Positions 62,401 through 64,000 of a stretch of 64,000 bases of DNA are shown piece after piece. The stretch is from Cenococcum geophilum (lineage: Eukaryota): positions 16,244,001 through 16,308,000 of the forward strand of contig CP158635.1 of NCBI GenBank assembly GCA_050273025.1. The letters run 5' to 3'. The translations under genes and the position numbers were made by a program. Numbering within the stretch: the stretch's first letter is position 1; every line of letters begins with the position of its first letter. Below the pieces are notes generated by a model. That model ran no database searches and was not told the origin of the DNA. It saw only the letters and a program-made list of their open reading frames with translations.

Positions 62401-62817
62401 TAATCTTAGAAAGGCTCAGGACTAGTTCTGGCCTTTAGATCCTTAAATTTATAGAAGAGTTCTATTTAAGGTTTAGGACCAGTTCTAACCTCAAAAGACA
62501 GCTTCCTTTAGCATAAGTAGCACTAGTACAGTAGCTCGTCTCTTCTTAGTAATACCTAGCTGTTCTATAGTATAACAGTAAAGTTAACCACTAATCAGTG
62601 TTGGTTACATAAGGGGATATCACGTAGCTACGGTTCGTAGATAGTATAATAATAATTATTCTATATTCCAAAAATGAGGGAGGGCGAGGAGCTTAAGGCT
62701 CCTCGCCACGCTAGTGCCGCGGCGACACATGACGGCAACTTGCCGCACGTAACGGCAACTTGCCACACGTGACGGCAATATGCCTTATATGGTGACCACT
62801 TACCTCTATTCCTAACA
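56449..62817 (-). mobile_element. Third Copia element of the same family, nested in the Gypsy 3' region
   Basis: 219-bp LTRs at 56449-56667 and 62599-62817 with GTAAG TSD. The interior is co-linear with 28426-34036. Confidence 0.92.
60805..61053. mobile_element. Solo LTR (249 bp) with an internal (GGTC)n microsatellite
   Basis: TGTGG...CCACA termini with a 4-bp ATAG TSD. The empty site (att atag taccta) is visible in the sister Copia at ~32571. Confidence 0.8.
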
Positions 62818-64000
62818 GTAAGAAAAGACACATTCTATCCCCGCCTATTACTATTAGGATATTAGCAGAAATCTTAAATAGCGCGTTAGAGCCTATAAGT
62901 CTTATACACATAAACAGCGGGGATTTAGTATAATTAGCGAAATCTAGAATAGGATAGAATGGGAAATACTAGGACGTAGGTCTTTCTCCTACTGCGATAA
63001 TAGGAGCACTTGGATTTATTTTCGCTAAAGCGAGGCATCTTATAGACATAGGAAGGATCCTATATAAGAGCATAAACGCAGCAACGATAGCATTTTAGGG
63101 AAACTGCTATAGGAGTAACAGACGCTATCTAGGGCGTCACCGGGAGATTAATAATACTGCCGCCGGTTTAGGGACGCGCAGAAGGACTATAAGCTATTAT
63201 AAGAGAATACTCTAAGAAGTTAGCATTATTATAAGAGATAAGGTAGAGATCCTATTGCTTATAAACGCGTTAAGAAAAGATAATAAGGTAGTAATAGAAG
63301 TACAGCTAAAGATACAGAAGCTAAAAGGCGAGATATAATGAAAACAGCCTATTTAAGAATAAGACGAATGGTATTATTAATAGAAGGACGAGGGAGAGAC
63401 GACAACTTATAAACAGAAAGAAATTAAAATAAAAAATATTATTATTAAGGCCTATTTAGGTAAATAGAAATAGTGGTTAGTTAATACATTACACCAGATA
63501 ACCTCTAGATCTATTTACAATAAATTCCCAAAATTAGAGAGGTAAATCCCACTAAATTTTTATTACTATTATTAAAATCCTATTATAAAAACACTATAAG
63601 GAGCTAGGGTAGGAGAAAAGCAAAGGAACGAAAGATAAAGTAAAGTTCCGCGCTAGTAAAGAGCTGGCAATAAGTCGCATTATAGAGTACCTTTCTATTA
63701 AGGGTTTCCCTAATAGTTTTAGCCGGAACTCTATAAAAGCTTAGTAGAGGCAAAGTCTTAAAGGACTAAGACCCTAAAAGGGGAGGCAATTATAACGGAA
63801 TCCCCTAAAAGGTACATATCCAATAAGACGGTAGGAGGTTTTATCTATATCCCATCTATATTCCAGAAGACACAGTTAGATAAGTTAAGGGCGAAAGGTT
63901 TTACTAGCGTCTTAAAAGAAATATATAGGAAGCTAGTTCCCCTCTAAAGAAGAACTAGCGATTAGTCTCTAAATAGAAGTGGTTAGAAGCATTTGTCCTT

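Larger units (their letters stand above)
50046..64000 (+). mobile_element. Chromoviral Ty3/Gypsy LTR retrotransposon, RIP-inactivated; 3' LTR runs off the window
   Basis: The LTR beginning tgtaacggaatcccc at 50046 recurs at 63791 after a PPT (aaaagggaggcaat-type purine tract). Gag knuckle (NCGKKGY.SRFC ~51495), protease CLIDSGAS (~51690), RT (KLDL, FRI*YGHF, FRLTNA, VYLNNI), RNase H, integrase (DFIIGLP, TFHP*ID) and a chromodomain (~55270-55380). Confidence 0.92.

Noticed and set aside
35090..62911. Short ORFs in the transposon zone (e.g. 35090, 35342, 37407, 38900, 40427, 43451, 47117, 52036, 54286, 62711) as host genes
   Set aside because: They are either surviving fragments of retroelement polyproteins (40427, 43451) or chance ORFs in RIPed or LTR sequence.

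Overview
Filamentous ascomycete (Pezizomycotina-type) genomic DNA, judged from short GT-AG introns with CTAAC/CTGAC-like branch points and RIP-mutated repeats. The first ~16 kb holds intact genes. One is a 6-exon, ~2331-aa ZNFX1/SAD-3/Hrr1-like SF1 RNA helicase fused to three CbbX/SpoVK-type AAA+ domains. It lies tail-to-tail with a 4-exon, ~1045-aa QDE-2-like Argonaute that has an intact DEDD tetrad, and three nested non-autonomous DNA transposons separate the two. Next is an MFS transporter whose intron is expanded to ~9.6 kb by a head-to-tail dimer of a TIR-less, Helitron-like element. From ~27 kb onward the window is a nest of RIP-destroyed transposons: Tc1, three related Copia elements, a Tad1-like LINE, a chromoviral Gypsy and a solo LTR. 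The two most notable items are the Argonaute + helicase-(AAA)3 pair, a candidate RNA-silencing/defence module, and a complete HDV-like ribozyme fold starting exactly at the LINE 5' end. Splice sites and element boundaries were read by eye, and no database searches were run.
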